DNA of 62,901 nt from an uncultured Pseudomonadales bacterium (GTDB lineage: Bacteria > Patescibacteriota > Microgenomatia > UBA1400 > PJMF01), in assembly GCA_964625685.1 (NCBI GenBank), contig CAZVBO010000001.1, positions 1 to 62,901 on the forward strand. The letters run 5' to 3'. Position numbers and translations under genes: made by a program. This document shows positions 34,831 to 43,874 of this stretch, piece by piece (the first letter of the stretch is position 1; each line of letters begins with the position of its first letter). The notes beneath the pieces are model-generated. The model ran no database searches. It saw nothing but the letters and a program-made list of their open reading frames with translations, and was not told where the DNA came from.

Positions 34831-34900
34831 TAAATTCCAAATGCCAAAATTCAAACATCAAATAAATTCCAAACTCCAAATTCCAATTTTTCTGGCTTTC
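34831..34900. repeat. A/T-rich UUCCAAA-type repeat (intergenic copy)
   Basis: TTAAATTCCAAATGCCAAAATTCAAACATCAAATAAATTCCAAACTCCAAATTCCAATTTTTCTGGCTTT. Confidence 0.6.
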
Positions 34901-36830
34901 AACCTTCCTCCAGGTTGTTTTTCAAATTAGAGTGATGTTTTTGCTCTCGATACTGTTTTACCCATATTTTTTCTAAAACTTCTAAAATTTCTCTTGAATT
35001 TGTGAGTGAAGTCAACAACTCGTAGTCTTTTTCTTGTAGCCAGAATCTTGCCTCTTGGCTCACCAGATCGCTATTAAGGAGTTCTTGAAAACTTAACGTT
35101 GGTTTTAGAATTTTTTCTTGAATTTGGTGAAAAGTTAGCCAAATGAAATAATTGTTAGGGTCCTCATCGGTTACCTGTTCTTGTAAGTGCTGTTCAATTT
35201 CATCAAATTGAGCCTGCTGAGTTTCTTGTTGGAGTGTGCTGAGGAGTTCATCATACTGCTGCTTGGTGAGTGGCATGGCCAGTTGCTCAAGAGGATCATC
35301 TAAAGGAATACCAAACGGATACTCTGGAGTAACACAAGGACCGTAAACTTTCCCTTTTTCCATAATTATTCCATTTTTAACTTCACCAGTTCCGACCCTA
35401 CAACCAGGTGCCTCTAAGTAACTAGTGGGAACCATCCAAATTTGGCTCGCTCCCGCTGCTGTCAGATCTAGCTCAATATATTCTGCTTGGTCAAGCTGCT
35501 TGAGTAACTCTTGCTTGTTTGTTAATGACAGAGCATTGAGTTCTATCTTTAGACCGGCAAGATTATTGACTTTGAGAGCTAGTGACACTGGTGAAAAGAT
35601 GCCACATTGAGCTAAAGAAAACATGCGATTACTCACCATAAAAAAAGTATTGAGTTCTTTCAGTTTCCCGATTTGGGCTGGGGTAAGTTTCTGACCAACC
35701 AGAATCTGTAGCTGAAGTGCTGTTTTTTCTTGATACCGATTAAATATTTGGTTTAGTGTTAGTTTTTCAATTTGCTTCTGAGATGTTTTTTTCTTTTCAT
35801 TCGTTGGTAAAAATTGCTCTCCATACTTCAACATCGTTTGAAAAGCTGAAGAAAAAAGTACATCAAGGTGTTTGAGTTGCTGCTGCAACTTTTTTTCATC
35901 CTGATTGGTAAAGATGGGGAGAACAGCTTGAAAATAATGTTCAAAAATTTGTTGACTCAACTGGTTGAATTCCTCAATATTTAAATCGGGAAACTGACTA
36001 CGATTGACCGGCCACTTGGTCTCATGTTGATAAAGCAGTGCTTCCAACATTTCAGTTGAAAAGTCGGTGGAAAGCTCAATCAAATGATCAATAATATGTA
36101 ATTCAGGTGCTAACTGGATTTCGTCAGACAGTGTTCCTGGATACAACTTCCCTTGATATTGATCGAAAAGTAGCTGCTGAAGAGTTGTAAGTTCAGTATT
36201 ATCTGACCAAACCTTGAACTGCTGGTAAATGACTCCTCCCTCTAGATCTTTATAATAGTAGTTAATCATTACTGGGTTTTTTCTATCTGTTCCCGGATAT
36301 CCTTCGGTCTTTTTGCCTCTGGGACTAACCCAAATGAGAACAGAGTTCACTGATCTAGGGTCATTTATCCAGTGGGTGAGTCGTTGCATGTTGTTATTTT
36401 CCACTTCAGCTCTAGAAAGTTCACCACCTTTCTGTTGCTGATTTTCCACAAAGCCTTGACCAATTTTAGGGAGTTCTTCTTGATAACTGTGATCGACACC
36501 TGTAGTGAAGAGTTCATACGTAGGTGTTTTCCAGAAAAATGTTTCATGAAGTAGAGTTTGCCAGTCCATCCATAATGCAGATTTGATTGCCTCAGGAGAC
36601 TCATATTCAGTGTGAGTAAAACGGTCCAGTAGTGCTTTAGAGTTCCATACATTTACTCGGGACTCCAAGCCCCGTATTTTTCGAGAAAAGTAGCTCAAGC
36701 GATTTTTTTGTTTATCGGCCTGAGAAAGAATCCTTTCGACAAAGTGCAACAAGAAAAAATCTGGTGATCTTTTAGGAGGTGTTACTGGTTGTACCTCTTG
36801 GATGGAAGAATAAATTTCGGCTGTGGTCAC
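34899..36830 (-). CDS. Hypothetical 643-aa soluble protein (GTG start) directly downstream of the riboswitch candidate
   Basis: Long uninterrupted ORF with no TM helix or signal peptide and no recognisable motif. The only SD (AGGAG, 6 nt from GTG) lies in the 3' arm of the leader hairpin. Confidence 0.65.
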   Translation of the reverse strand: MTTAEIYSSIQEVQPVTPPKRSPDFFLLHFVERILSQADKQKNRLSYFSRKIRGLESRVNVWNSKALLDRFTHTEYESPEAIKSALWMDWQTLLHETFFWKTPTYELFTTGVDHSYQEELPKIGQGFVENQQQKGGELSRAEVENNNMQRLTHWINDPRSVNSVLIWVSPRGKKTEGYPGTDRKNPVMINYYYKDLEGGVIYQQFKVWSDNTELTTLQQLLFDQYQGKLYPGTLSDEIQLAPELHIIDHLIELSTDFSTEMLEALLYQHETKWPVNRSQFPDLNIEEFNQLSQQIFEHYFQAVLPIFTNQDEKKLQQQLKHLDVLFSSAFQTMLKYGEQFLPTNEKKKTSQKQIEKLTLNQIFNRYQEKTALQLQILVGQKLTPAQIGKLKELNTFFMVSNRMFSLAQCGIFSPVSLALKVNNLAGLKIELNALSLTNKQELLKQLDQAEYIELDLTAAGASQIWMVPTSYLEAPGCRVGTGEVKNGIIMEKGKVYGPCVTPEYPFGIPLDDPLEQLAMPLTKQQYDELLSTLQQETQQAQFDEIEQHLQEQVTDEDPNNYFIWLTFHQIQEKILKPTLSFQELLNSDLVSQEARFWLQEKDYELLTSLTNSREILEVLEKIWVKQYREQKHHSNLKNNLEEG

Positions 36831-36995
36831 AAAAAACTCCTCGAAATGAGGAGCAATGCGGGGTAAAGTTATTCATTAGGCAGATAAACCCCGATGCTCG
36901 TCGGATTGAACCACTTTTGAAGACCGGACTAGTCGAGTTTTACTCGCTTCACCGTTGCGGCACAGTCTGGGATTTTGACCCAACTTCCACAAAAA
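36831..36995 (-). promoter_or_regulatory. Cobalamin-riboswitch-like leader with an SD-sequestering/terminator hairpin
   Basis: The minus-strand RNA reads GGAAGUUGGGUCAAAAUCCCAGACUGUGCCGCAACGGUGAAGCGAGUAAAACUCGACUAGUCCGG.... This matches the B12-element core pattern GGAA-N3-GGUG-N-AAAUCC-N3-..CUG-N2-CCGCAACGGUAA. It ends in CUCCUC-auuuc-GAGGAG-UUUUUU immediately before the GTG start. Confidence 0.5.
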
Positions 36996-37069
36996 TGGCT
37001 AAAAAAAACAATCTAAAGTATACATAGCATGGAGAATAGAGAATAGTCTAGTGGAGAAAAACCTATGAT

Positions 37070-37185
37070 TAAAATCCAAAGTTCAAATTCCAAGTACCAA
37101 ACAAAAATCAAAATACAAAAACTCAAGTAAAAATGAACTTTGATATTTGTAGTTTGTTTGATTTTTGGTTTTTGGAACTTGATAT
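37070..37185. repeat. A/T-rich palindromic UUCCAAA/UUUGGAA repeat (intergenic copy)
   Basis: The left arm AAAATCCAAAGTTCAAATTCCAAGTACCAAACAAAAATCAAA faces the right arm TTTGATATTTGTAGTTTGTTTGATTTTTGGTTTTTGGAACTTGA. Confidence 0.65.
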
Positions 37186-37229
37186 TTATTGTGTGAGTCT
37201 CTACTAGACTCAAACAATCTGTTGTGTTT

Positions 37230-38702
37230 ATGATGGTGACAGAAGATAGTCTAAAGGATTATATGGCAGAACCAGGTACCGGTCCGAGCGAAGCAGAGGT
37301 AACACAGCAACCAACGACTGCAGAAACACCACTTCCAGCGGGGACAGAGGTTTTAGCTGATTCGACAACTCCAAACTCGACTTCAGAAAACCCGTCACCA
37401 AATGCAGACTCAGCCAACTCAGAACCCAGAACAAAACCAGATTTAACAGAGGTGTCAGATAATCAGTCTCCAGATAATTCCCAATCACCAGCATTTCAGT
37501 TGCTCTCCGGGTTGGGTGCTTTTGATAAAAACAACCCTGAGGCAACCAAGGAGTTCTCTCAAAAAACACCTGCCCAACTTGAGGATGATTTAAAGCAACT
37601 AACAGAAATGTATGCTGACGATCCTCAAAAAGTAAATCAGATCAAGCGTTATTTTATAGCTCAAATATTGGACCCAAGTGCCTCAGAAGGTGCCAGAACG
37701 GCTTTATTGTCTCAAGACATTGATGCTTTACTCCAAATGAAAGCTGCAAAACAGGGTGTGAGTAATGCCGAAGACGAAAATTTTGATGATGTTACTAGAG
37801 AAAGACTGAATAAAAAGGAAGGGCAAGCTGGAGCCGTTGTGGATTATGATACTAGTCAAACTACTGAAACAGAAGCAAGAAATCGATGGTTGGGGAAAGA
37901 AGATGAGAATGGGGAACGACATGGTGGGTTAATTTATGAAGCGCTAGCAACTCACTTATCGGGGAAAGAATTAGAAGTAGCTAGACAGAAACTTTCACAA
38001 CCGGGAATCTCACCAGAAGAGGGTATTGCCTTACTTACTGGCAAAGATTTAAATGATGAAAAACAAAAAGCAGAGGTAGAAGAAGATGTTAACCGGTTTA
38101 AAAAAGCCATAGCCGAATATGTAGGACCGCATATGTTTGATTTGGCTTTCAAACACAATGACTTTAGCGCCTTTCTTGATTTTTTGTTTACGGACAGAAG
38201 TTATGGTTTCGGGGGAGGAGCTGGTGAATTCTCAAAGAATGGAGAAAAAAACGATGGGATTGGTAAAACTGATTTCGAGAACCTGCTTAAAGATGACAAT
38301 CCCAGTCGACGGCAAGAACTGGGAAAAAACTTGGAAAAAGCGATTACTGATTCGGGTGAAAAAGGATTGGAGTGGCACGGATTCCAATTAGCCAATAAAG
38401 AAGCAGTATTGCAAAAAGCTCGAGCTGGAGATGCAGAATCAATTAAGCTTGTTTTTGATCAAATTTTACGTTTTCTATTTGATGACTCTGGAAAAACGAT
38501 GCAGCGATGGGGCGTGGCCCGAAAAATTTTGGGAGAAAATTTGTTTCCCTCAAAACAGCAGCCTTTAAGTGGTGAAGTTGCAAATTATTTGGCTCAAGAA
38601 TTTAACAAACCTCATGAGGAATGGTGGAAGAGCGTGTTGACTCAAAGTAATGTTAAAGCTTTCCCTCAATCAAATTCATTGCCCCAGGCAAAAGCCGCCT
38701 AA
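37230..38702 (+). CDS. Hypothetical acidic protein with a low-complexity Pro/Ser/Thr/Glu N-terminus
   Basis: The ORF starts at 37224 (GTG) and the first ATG is at 37230. About 490 aa with no TM helix and no recognised domain. Confidence 0.6.
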   Translation: MMVTEDSLKDYMAEPGTGPSEAEVTQQPTTAETPLPAGTEVLADSTTPNSTSENPSPNADSANSEPRTKPDLTEVSDNQSPDNSQSPAFQLLSGLGAFDKNNPEATKEFSQKTPAQLEDDLKQLTEMYADDPQKVNQIKRYFIAQILDPSASEGARTALLSQDIDALLQMKAAKQGVSNAEDENFDDVTRERLNKKEGQAGAVVDYDTSQTTETEARNRWLGKEDENGERHGGLIYEALATHLSGKELEVARQKLSQPGISPEEGIALLTGKDLNDEKQKAEVEEDVNRFKKAIAEYVGPHMFDLAFKHNDFSAFLDFLFTDRSYGFGGGAGEFSKNGEKNDGIGKTDFENLLKDDNPSRRQELGKNLEKAITDSGEKGLEWHGFQLANKEAVLQKARAGDAESIKLVFDQILRFLFDDSGKTMQRWGVARKILGENLFPSKQQPLSGEVANYLAQEFNKPHEEWWKSVLTQSNVKAFPQSNSLPQAKAA

Positions 38703-38814
38703 GTCTCACTTGTAACAAGAGGCTGTTTCCGCGTAAAATAGATACAAGAAAAAAGTCATTCAGCATCATTTTTCTTTATCTGGATTTATTGATGCTTCTT
38801 GGCTTTTGGTTTGG

Positions 38815-38820
38815 TATAAT
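38815..38820 (+). promoter_or_regulatory. -10 hexamer TATAAT (TGgTATAAT extended) for the 38853-43813 gene pair
   Basis: TTTGGTATAAT lies 32 nt upstream of the ATG, and the SD AAAGGAAAAAC precedes the start. Confidence 0.4.
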
Positions 38821-38852
38821 GAAAGTTAGTTGCAATACCTCAAAGGAAAAAC

Positions 38853-40586
38853 ATGCCAGCACAACAGGAAGATTCCACAAAACAACGTACCTCAGAATCT
38901 CCTCAACCTCAGGAGCTTCAAGTAGTAAGTGAAATAAGATCCCAGGTAGAAGGTCTTTTGGGTAGGCTTACCGCTCTTCAGGAAAAAATAAATAAATTAA
39001 GAAAAATTGAATCCGTTGAGTCTCTTTCAGAAGAAATTAAACAAAGTGAAGCAGAAAAAGAATCATTTTTTAGTGATGTTTTTCCCGACTTTTTCAAATC
39101 CCCAGATGTGATTGGGTGGATATCTTCACATGAAGAAGCACTAAAGGATATCATGTCCATCGTGACTCGTTTGCAGAGTTTTTCTTTTGAAGGGTTGCGT
39201 GAAGCCTTAGAAGAACAAAAAGAAAGATTAGAAAAGAATAAAATTACGAATGAGAAAGAACTACAAGAAAAATTAGACTATCGCGAATCTCTCAGGCTTT
39301 CATTGGAAAAAGCTAGAAGTATTGCTGAATTGCGAGCAATTTTAGCGGATATGTTTGAAACCACTGCCCAGATTGAAAGTTACTTATTAGAACGTCTCAC
39401 TGAAGCGAATGCCAGCAAGCAACTTGGAGAGCCTCAAGAACCAGCAGATAAAGGACCAGGAGACGTTGACGAGCCTGAGGACGGATCAGGCACAACGTTT
39501 GCGGAGGCAGCTGGTGAGGGAGAACCAGATGCAGCCTCAGTGGACCCAAATGCAGAACCAGGTATTGTGACTCCAAATGTGAAACCCGAATTTGTAAAAC
39601 CAGATACTGCAACAGAAACTGTTCATCCATCAATGTCCCTTAAAGGCATTGTAGAAGCAGCACAAGCGAATAGATTTAAGCGCTTTATAAGCCAGTGGAA
39701 TGTTTTTTCCGAAACAGCTGTGGTTGCAAATAGACGGAATGAAGGAAAGAAGCTTAATGGTGAAGAATTGGCCGTGATGCAGTATCTAAGGAGTAAAGAA
39801 CCATTTGCTCTTGATGAGGGCTCGCCTCTAACAGTAAATAAGCCTCATCAGGCTGTTTTAGAAACACTTTCTGAAGTGTTGAAAATCCGAAACATCGATG
39901 CTTTGTTGGCTAGATGCATTGTGGCGAAAAGTAAAGACGGGAAAATTGACCTAAAAATAAATGTTCTTTCTCCAAATGAAATCGAGGCTTTTAGAAAACT
40001 TTTTATGCTGACAAACAAAGTCCTTGGGAATGACTTTCCCATATCCTCAGCATATTTCACAGGGGTTTCGCAAAACATTGGGGAGGATGAGATTAATGGC
40101 CTAATTGAAAGTGTGAAAGAAGAAGCTAAAAAAGACACCATAAAAAAGCCGGGAACATTGTTTCGAGGGGAGTTGCTAGAGACACGTGAAGAAACTGAGC
40201 AAATGTTACGAGAAATCCTGGAGAAGCGAAAAGATTTATTGTATTTATTGTTTGAGAAGAGTGTTCCTGAGGGTAAGCCAGCCGAGGGAGATTCAAATCC
40301 AAACAAAGAAATAGATCAATCTAAAAGAGAAGAACTTATAAAAGTTAAAAAGCAAGTTATGGCTAGAATCGAACAATTAAATGTCTCACCGGACTTAACA
40401 TCAAATCCAGATAGACACGCAGATAATCTTGCTGGTGCCAAAGTCTTTCTGAAGAAACTACTTGAGAGAGGAATCCCAAGTGCTGGGGAAACCCTATTAA
40501 ATACACCAGGCTTAATCGAGGCACTGGTTGTAGAGTCAAAAACGAATCCAGATATTAAAAAACTTATTGAACAACTTAACGCCTAA
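38853..40586 (+). CDS. Hypothetical coiled-coil-rich acidic protein
   Basis: 577-aa ORF with heptad-like Glu/Lys/Leu-rich stretches and no TM helix. Confidence 0.6.
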   Translation: MPAQQEDSTKQRTSESPQPQELQVVSEIRSQVEGLLGRLTALQEKINKLRKIESVESLSEEIKQSEAEKESFFSDVFPDFFKSPDVIGWISSHEEALKDIMSIVTRLQSFSFEGLREALEEQKERLEKNKITNEKELQEKLDYRESLRLSLEKARSIAELRAILADMFETTAQIESYLLERLTEANASKQLGEPQEPADKGPGDVDEPEDGSGTTFAEAAGEGEPDAASVDPNAEPGIVTPNVKPEFVKPDTATETVHPSMSLKGIVEAAQANRFKRFISQWNVFSETAVVANRRNEGKKLNGEELAVMQYLRSKEPFALDEGSPLTVNKPHQAVLETLSEVLKIRNIDALLARCIVAKSKDGKIDLKINVLSPNEIEAFRKLFMLTNKVLGNDFPISSAYFTGVSQNIGEDEINGLIESVKEEAKKDTIKKPGTLFRGELLETREETEQMLREILEKRKDLLYLLFEKSVPEGKPAEGDSNPNKEIDQSKREELIKVKKQVMARIEQLNVSPDLTSNPDRHADNLAGAKVFLKKLLERGIPSAGETLLNTPGLIEALVVESKTNPDIKKLIEQLNA

Positions 40587-43500
40587 TGTCACAAGAACTG
40601 AAAAATGATTTAGAATTATTAAAAACAGTTTTGCGTACGGAACTAACTGCTTTTCGTGATGTAACATCTTCAATTAATTCAGTAGATAGTTTGCGTTTTT
40701 GGTGTGAGGGTTATCAGGGATCAAATATTATTGAAGAAGACGTCTTCTCAGAGAGAATTGCTAGCTTAATTGTGGGAGGGGTACTCGATAGTGCTCATAA
40801 ATTAGTCAGAGCACAGTTTGACAATAAACTACCTTTCAATGAAATTGACACAGTTTACTACACACGAGCCAAGGTCAAACAGGCCACAAAGGAACTCATA
40901 GATGATAAAATCCGCATTTCTCTTCCTGGTGGTAGCTATCAAGATATCCCAATTGGTGATTTAAAGCTCCAGCGCTATTTTGAGGGTAGGCTTGATTTGG
41001 CTCTAAAAATGGATGAATACCTTGCAGAGAAAGCCAAAAATCCAAATTCGGAAGCTACAAACAATCAGTTAACTGAGGTGAGAGATACTCTAGGGGCATT
41101 ACAGGCTAGTTTGGCTGGCCGAGTTATTTCTGCCTTTCAAAAAGACTTAGAAAAGTTAATGAGTGACTACCCAGAGTTAACTTCTCAACCTAATAAATCA
41201 AGTAATACAGAACTCAAACGAGATACTAAAAGCAAGAAGGATGAGATTCAAGCGTTAAAAGATATTTTGGGAAGTGATGCAGCTTGGATAACTTCTGATA
41301 CTTTGACTAGGTTGGTTGATGCAGTGACCAAGACCGATGCTGCCCCGCTAAGTCCCGTGAACGTTCAAAGATTAACTCGGCTGCAAGACTCCCTGCGAGA
41401 TTTTTTGTCTCGGATAGAGGCGGATAATCAACTTGGGACAACTTCCCCAGAAAATAAAAAGATCCTTGATAAGGGCTTAGATCAAAAGAGAGGCCAAGAT
41501 ATTTCCTCAATGATTGATTTTATACTGGAGCGAAACCGCCAACTAACGACAAAAACAGAGAGTGGAGCTCCTGTTGATATTCAACAAGATGAGACTTTCC
41601 AACACTGGAAAAGATATGTCCAAAATTACCTCAGAGTTAATGATTTGCCATTTACCGAAATCTTAGCGGCTGTAGGTGGAGCAGCCGTGGGAGCGGGAGT
41701 GAGTAGAGCTTTAGACAAAGATGACTACCAAAAAGCGATTGCAAAAATTTCAGAACTGCAGAATATTACAAACAATTCAGGGGTGAGGTATGAGGGGGGA
41801 GATGCGTATAATGCTTCTTTAAGAAAAGCTCAAAACGAATACCTCGAAGAGATTGCTCAACAAATAAAGGAAAAGGCACCACAGAATGTTAAAGAAGTTT
41901 CTACTTATAAAGAAATAATGGCTGCTGACCCTGAGAAATATGATTCTAAAACAATTTATAGTTGGGCGAAGGTTTTATGGTCGGAGCTTTTTGCTCGTGT
42001 TGGGGAAATTACACAGCACCAAAATAAATCTGAAGTTAATAATCAATATCAACGAATTATTGATACACTCAGAAAACGAGGTGAAGAAGCAAACGCAACA
42101 TATCTTGAGGATCGGAGAAATATGTTTGATGCTCTTTCTATTGGATCAGGTTCTGCTTTAAATATGGACTATGATGCACTCCTTGAAGGAGGAAATGGTT
42201 GGCTTGGGGCTCAAGTTCCGGCAAACTTTAATGAAGGAACTCCACTCAGATTACTTTATGGGTATGAGATAAATTCGGATTTCATATCTTCTAATCCAGA
42301 GGAGCAAGAGCGTTTGAATATAATTAATATTGGTTTGCCAATTTTTTGTGATTTTTATTCAGATCAATCTGGAGAATATCATGCTACTGCTCAGTTCACT
42401 GATGCAAAAAAAGCGGCTTTTAAAAAAGCAGTTAAGGAAAAAATACTGCGTAAAATTAACCAGACCAATTTTTCGGAAAACCAAGAAGAGGGTTTCGATT
42501 TGTTGTGGGAATTACAGATATTCTTAGATCTTAGAACATATTATGCAATGCCAGAATATATGGCTGGCTGGTCTCCTGAAGATAATATCAATAAAACAAT
42601 AGGAAATACTGCCAAAAGATTTGCGAACGGAAAGGGTATGTATATTATCTGTGGAAAAGGTGAACAGTTTGTTAATCCTGCTTTGCTAGTATCTAAATTT
42701 GCCCCAGAATTAGAACAAACAATTTCACTTAGTAAAAGTGATACTAAAAAAGACAACTATCTTTTTTCTTATGAGGCGACAGATATTTGGGATCAATGGT
42801 ACACCAATAGCTTGGACGAAAGTGTGGAAAAGGAAAGCGAAAGAATTGCATTTACAAGAAAGAATGGAGTTAATCCAGTCCCAACTTTGGCTGAAGCTTT
42901 CTGGACTCCTCATACAACTGGTGATGTTTCTCCAGTTTCTCCAAAAACACGAGATTTACTAATTGCCGCTGCTATACCAGAAAGAAAACTTGGTAGACCA
43001 GTTAATTTAGAGGGGTATTTGAAGGGAGCAAAAGCAATTGAGGATTATGTTGCTCATTGTGAAAGAGGCTTCAAACCTTCTGGCAACATGGAAAATGATG
43101 TTCAGCAAATATTAAAGATTGTAGAGGAGGTTGCTCTTAAAATATCACCGGCAAAAGCACTTTCTACTGCAAACGCACGTTATCTGGCTAATTCGTTTTA
43201 TATGTTTGTTAGATTTTCTTGTATTGCTTTTGCTGAGGAATATAGAGGAAAAGAAAAGGATTGGTTTAGATATTATGTTCGGTTTGTTCAAAATATTCGA
43301 TCAACAATGTTGTCTGCACCTACGTTAGAAATAAGAATACCTGCTGACGAGCAATTAACACCGGAATTTGTTAGCAAGTATAGTTTGCCTCTCAGTATAG
43401 ATAGTAAATCAGGAGAGAAGTATATTACAGTAGCCAATTATGTACTGTCCTTGATGCCGAATGGTGAAGAAGCAATTGATGGACCAAGAGTATTTGTTGA

Positions 43501-43813
43501 GCGACAAGGAATTTTAGAAACCATTAAAAAACAAATGAGAGAGGCAGTACAATTTCAACCCAGAAGAATTAAAAACAACCGTGATAAGTTAAATGAACTT
43601 AGAGGCGAGGGTGAAGCTCTTTGGAAGAAATTAAGAGAGAAAGGAAAAAGCGTTTTCAGGGGTGGGCAAGTTTCTCCAGTTTTAGAGCATAGCGAACATC
43701 ATCCATTTAAAGCTAACGGTAGCGATTCAAGAAAGTCGGAGGACTTTTACAGAGCGATGGATATCATCTCAATTACAGCTGAAGACAAGCAGGCACGAGA
43801 AAAAGCTGCTTAA
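40586..43813 (+). CDS. Hypothetical 1075-aa soluble protein, translationally coupled to the preceding gene
   Basis: The start ATG overlaps the upstream stop (TAATG). No recognised domain. Confidence 0.6.
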   Translation: MSQELKNDLELLKTVLRTELTAFRDVTSSINSVDSLRFWCEGYQGSNIIEEDVFSERIASLIVGGVLDSAHKLVRAQFDNKLPFNEIDTVYYTRAKVKQATKELIDDKIRISLPGGSYQDIPIGDLKLQRYFEGRLDLALKMDEYLAEKAKNPNSEATNNQLTEVRDTLGALQASLAGRVISAFQKDLEKLMSDYPELTSQPNKSSNTELKRDTKSKKDEIQALKDILGSDAAWITSDTLTRLVDAVTKTDAAPLSPVNVQRLTRLQDSLRDFLSRIEADNQLGTTSPENKKILDKGLDQKRGQDISSMIDFILERNRQLTTKTESGAPVDIQQDETFQHWKRYVQNYLRVNDLPFTEILAAVGGAAVGAGVSRALDKDDYQKAIAKISELQNITNNSGVRYEGGDAYNASLRKAQNEYLEEIAQQIKEKAPQNVKEVSTYKEIMAADPEKYDSKTIYSWAKVLWSELFARVGEITQHQNKSEVNNQYQRIIDTLRKRGEEANATYLEDRRNMFDALSIGSGSALNMDYDALLEGGNGWLGAQVPANFNEGTPLRLLYGYEINSDFISSNPEEQERLNIINIGLPIFCDFYSDQSGEYHATAQFTDAKKAAFKKAVKEKILRKINQTNFSENQEEGFDLLWELQIFLDLRTYYAMPEYMAGWSPEDNINKTIGNTAKRFANGKGMYIICGKGEQFVNPALLVSKFAPELEQTISLSKSDTKKDNYLFSYEATDIWDQWYTNSLDESVEKESERIAFTRKNGVNPVPTLAEAFWTPHTTGDVSPVSPKTRDLLIAAAIPERKLGRPVNLEGYLKGAKAIEDYVAHCERGFKPSGNMENDVQQILKIVEEVALKISPAKALSTANARYLANSFYMFVRFSCIAFAEEYRGKEKDWFRYYVRFVQNIRSTMLSAPTLEIRIPADEQLTPEFVSKYSLPLSIDSKSGEKYITVANYVLSLMPNGEEAIDGPRVFVERQGILETIKKQMREAVQFQPRRIKNNRDKLNELRGEGEALWKKLREKGKSVFRGGQVSPVLEHSEHHPFKANGSDSRKSEDFYRAMDIISITAEDKQAREKAA

Positions 43814-43874
43814 AAAATCAATCATTTCAAGAAAAGTTAGAGCCAAAATTCTTTGATAACACTAACTTAGTAAG

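Noticed and set aside
36779-37213. ORFs 36779-37027 (+) and 37013-37213 (-)
   Set aside because: The first overlaps the structured riboswitch-like leader. The second is a reading of the A/T-rich palindromic repeat. Neither has start-site signals.
39848-40306. 152-aa antisense ORF inside 38853-40586
   Set aside because: It is antisense to a much longer ORF with coherent composition. The Ser/Phe-rich translation is typical of the antisense of Glu/Lys-rich genes.
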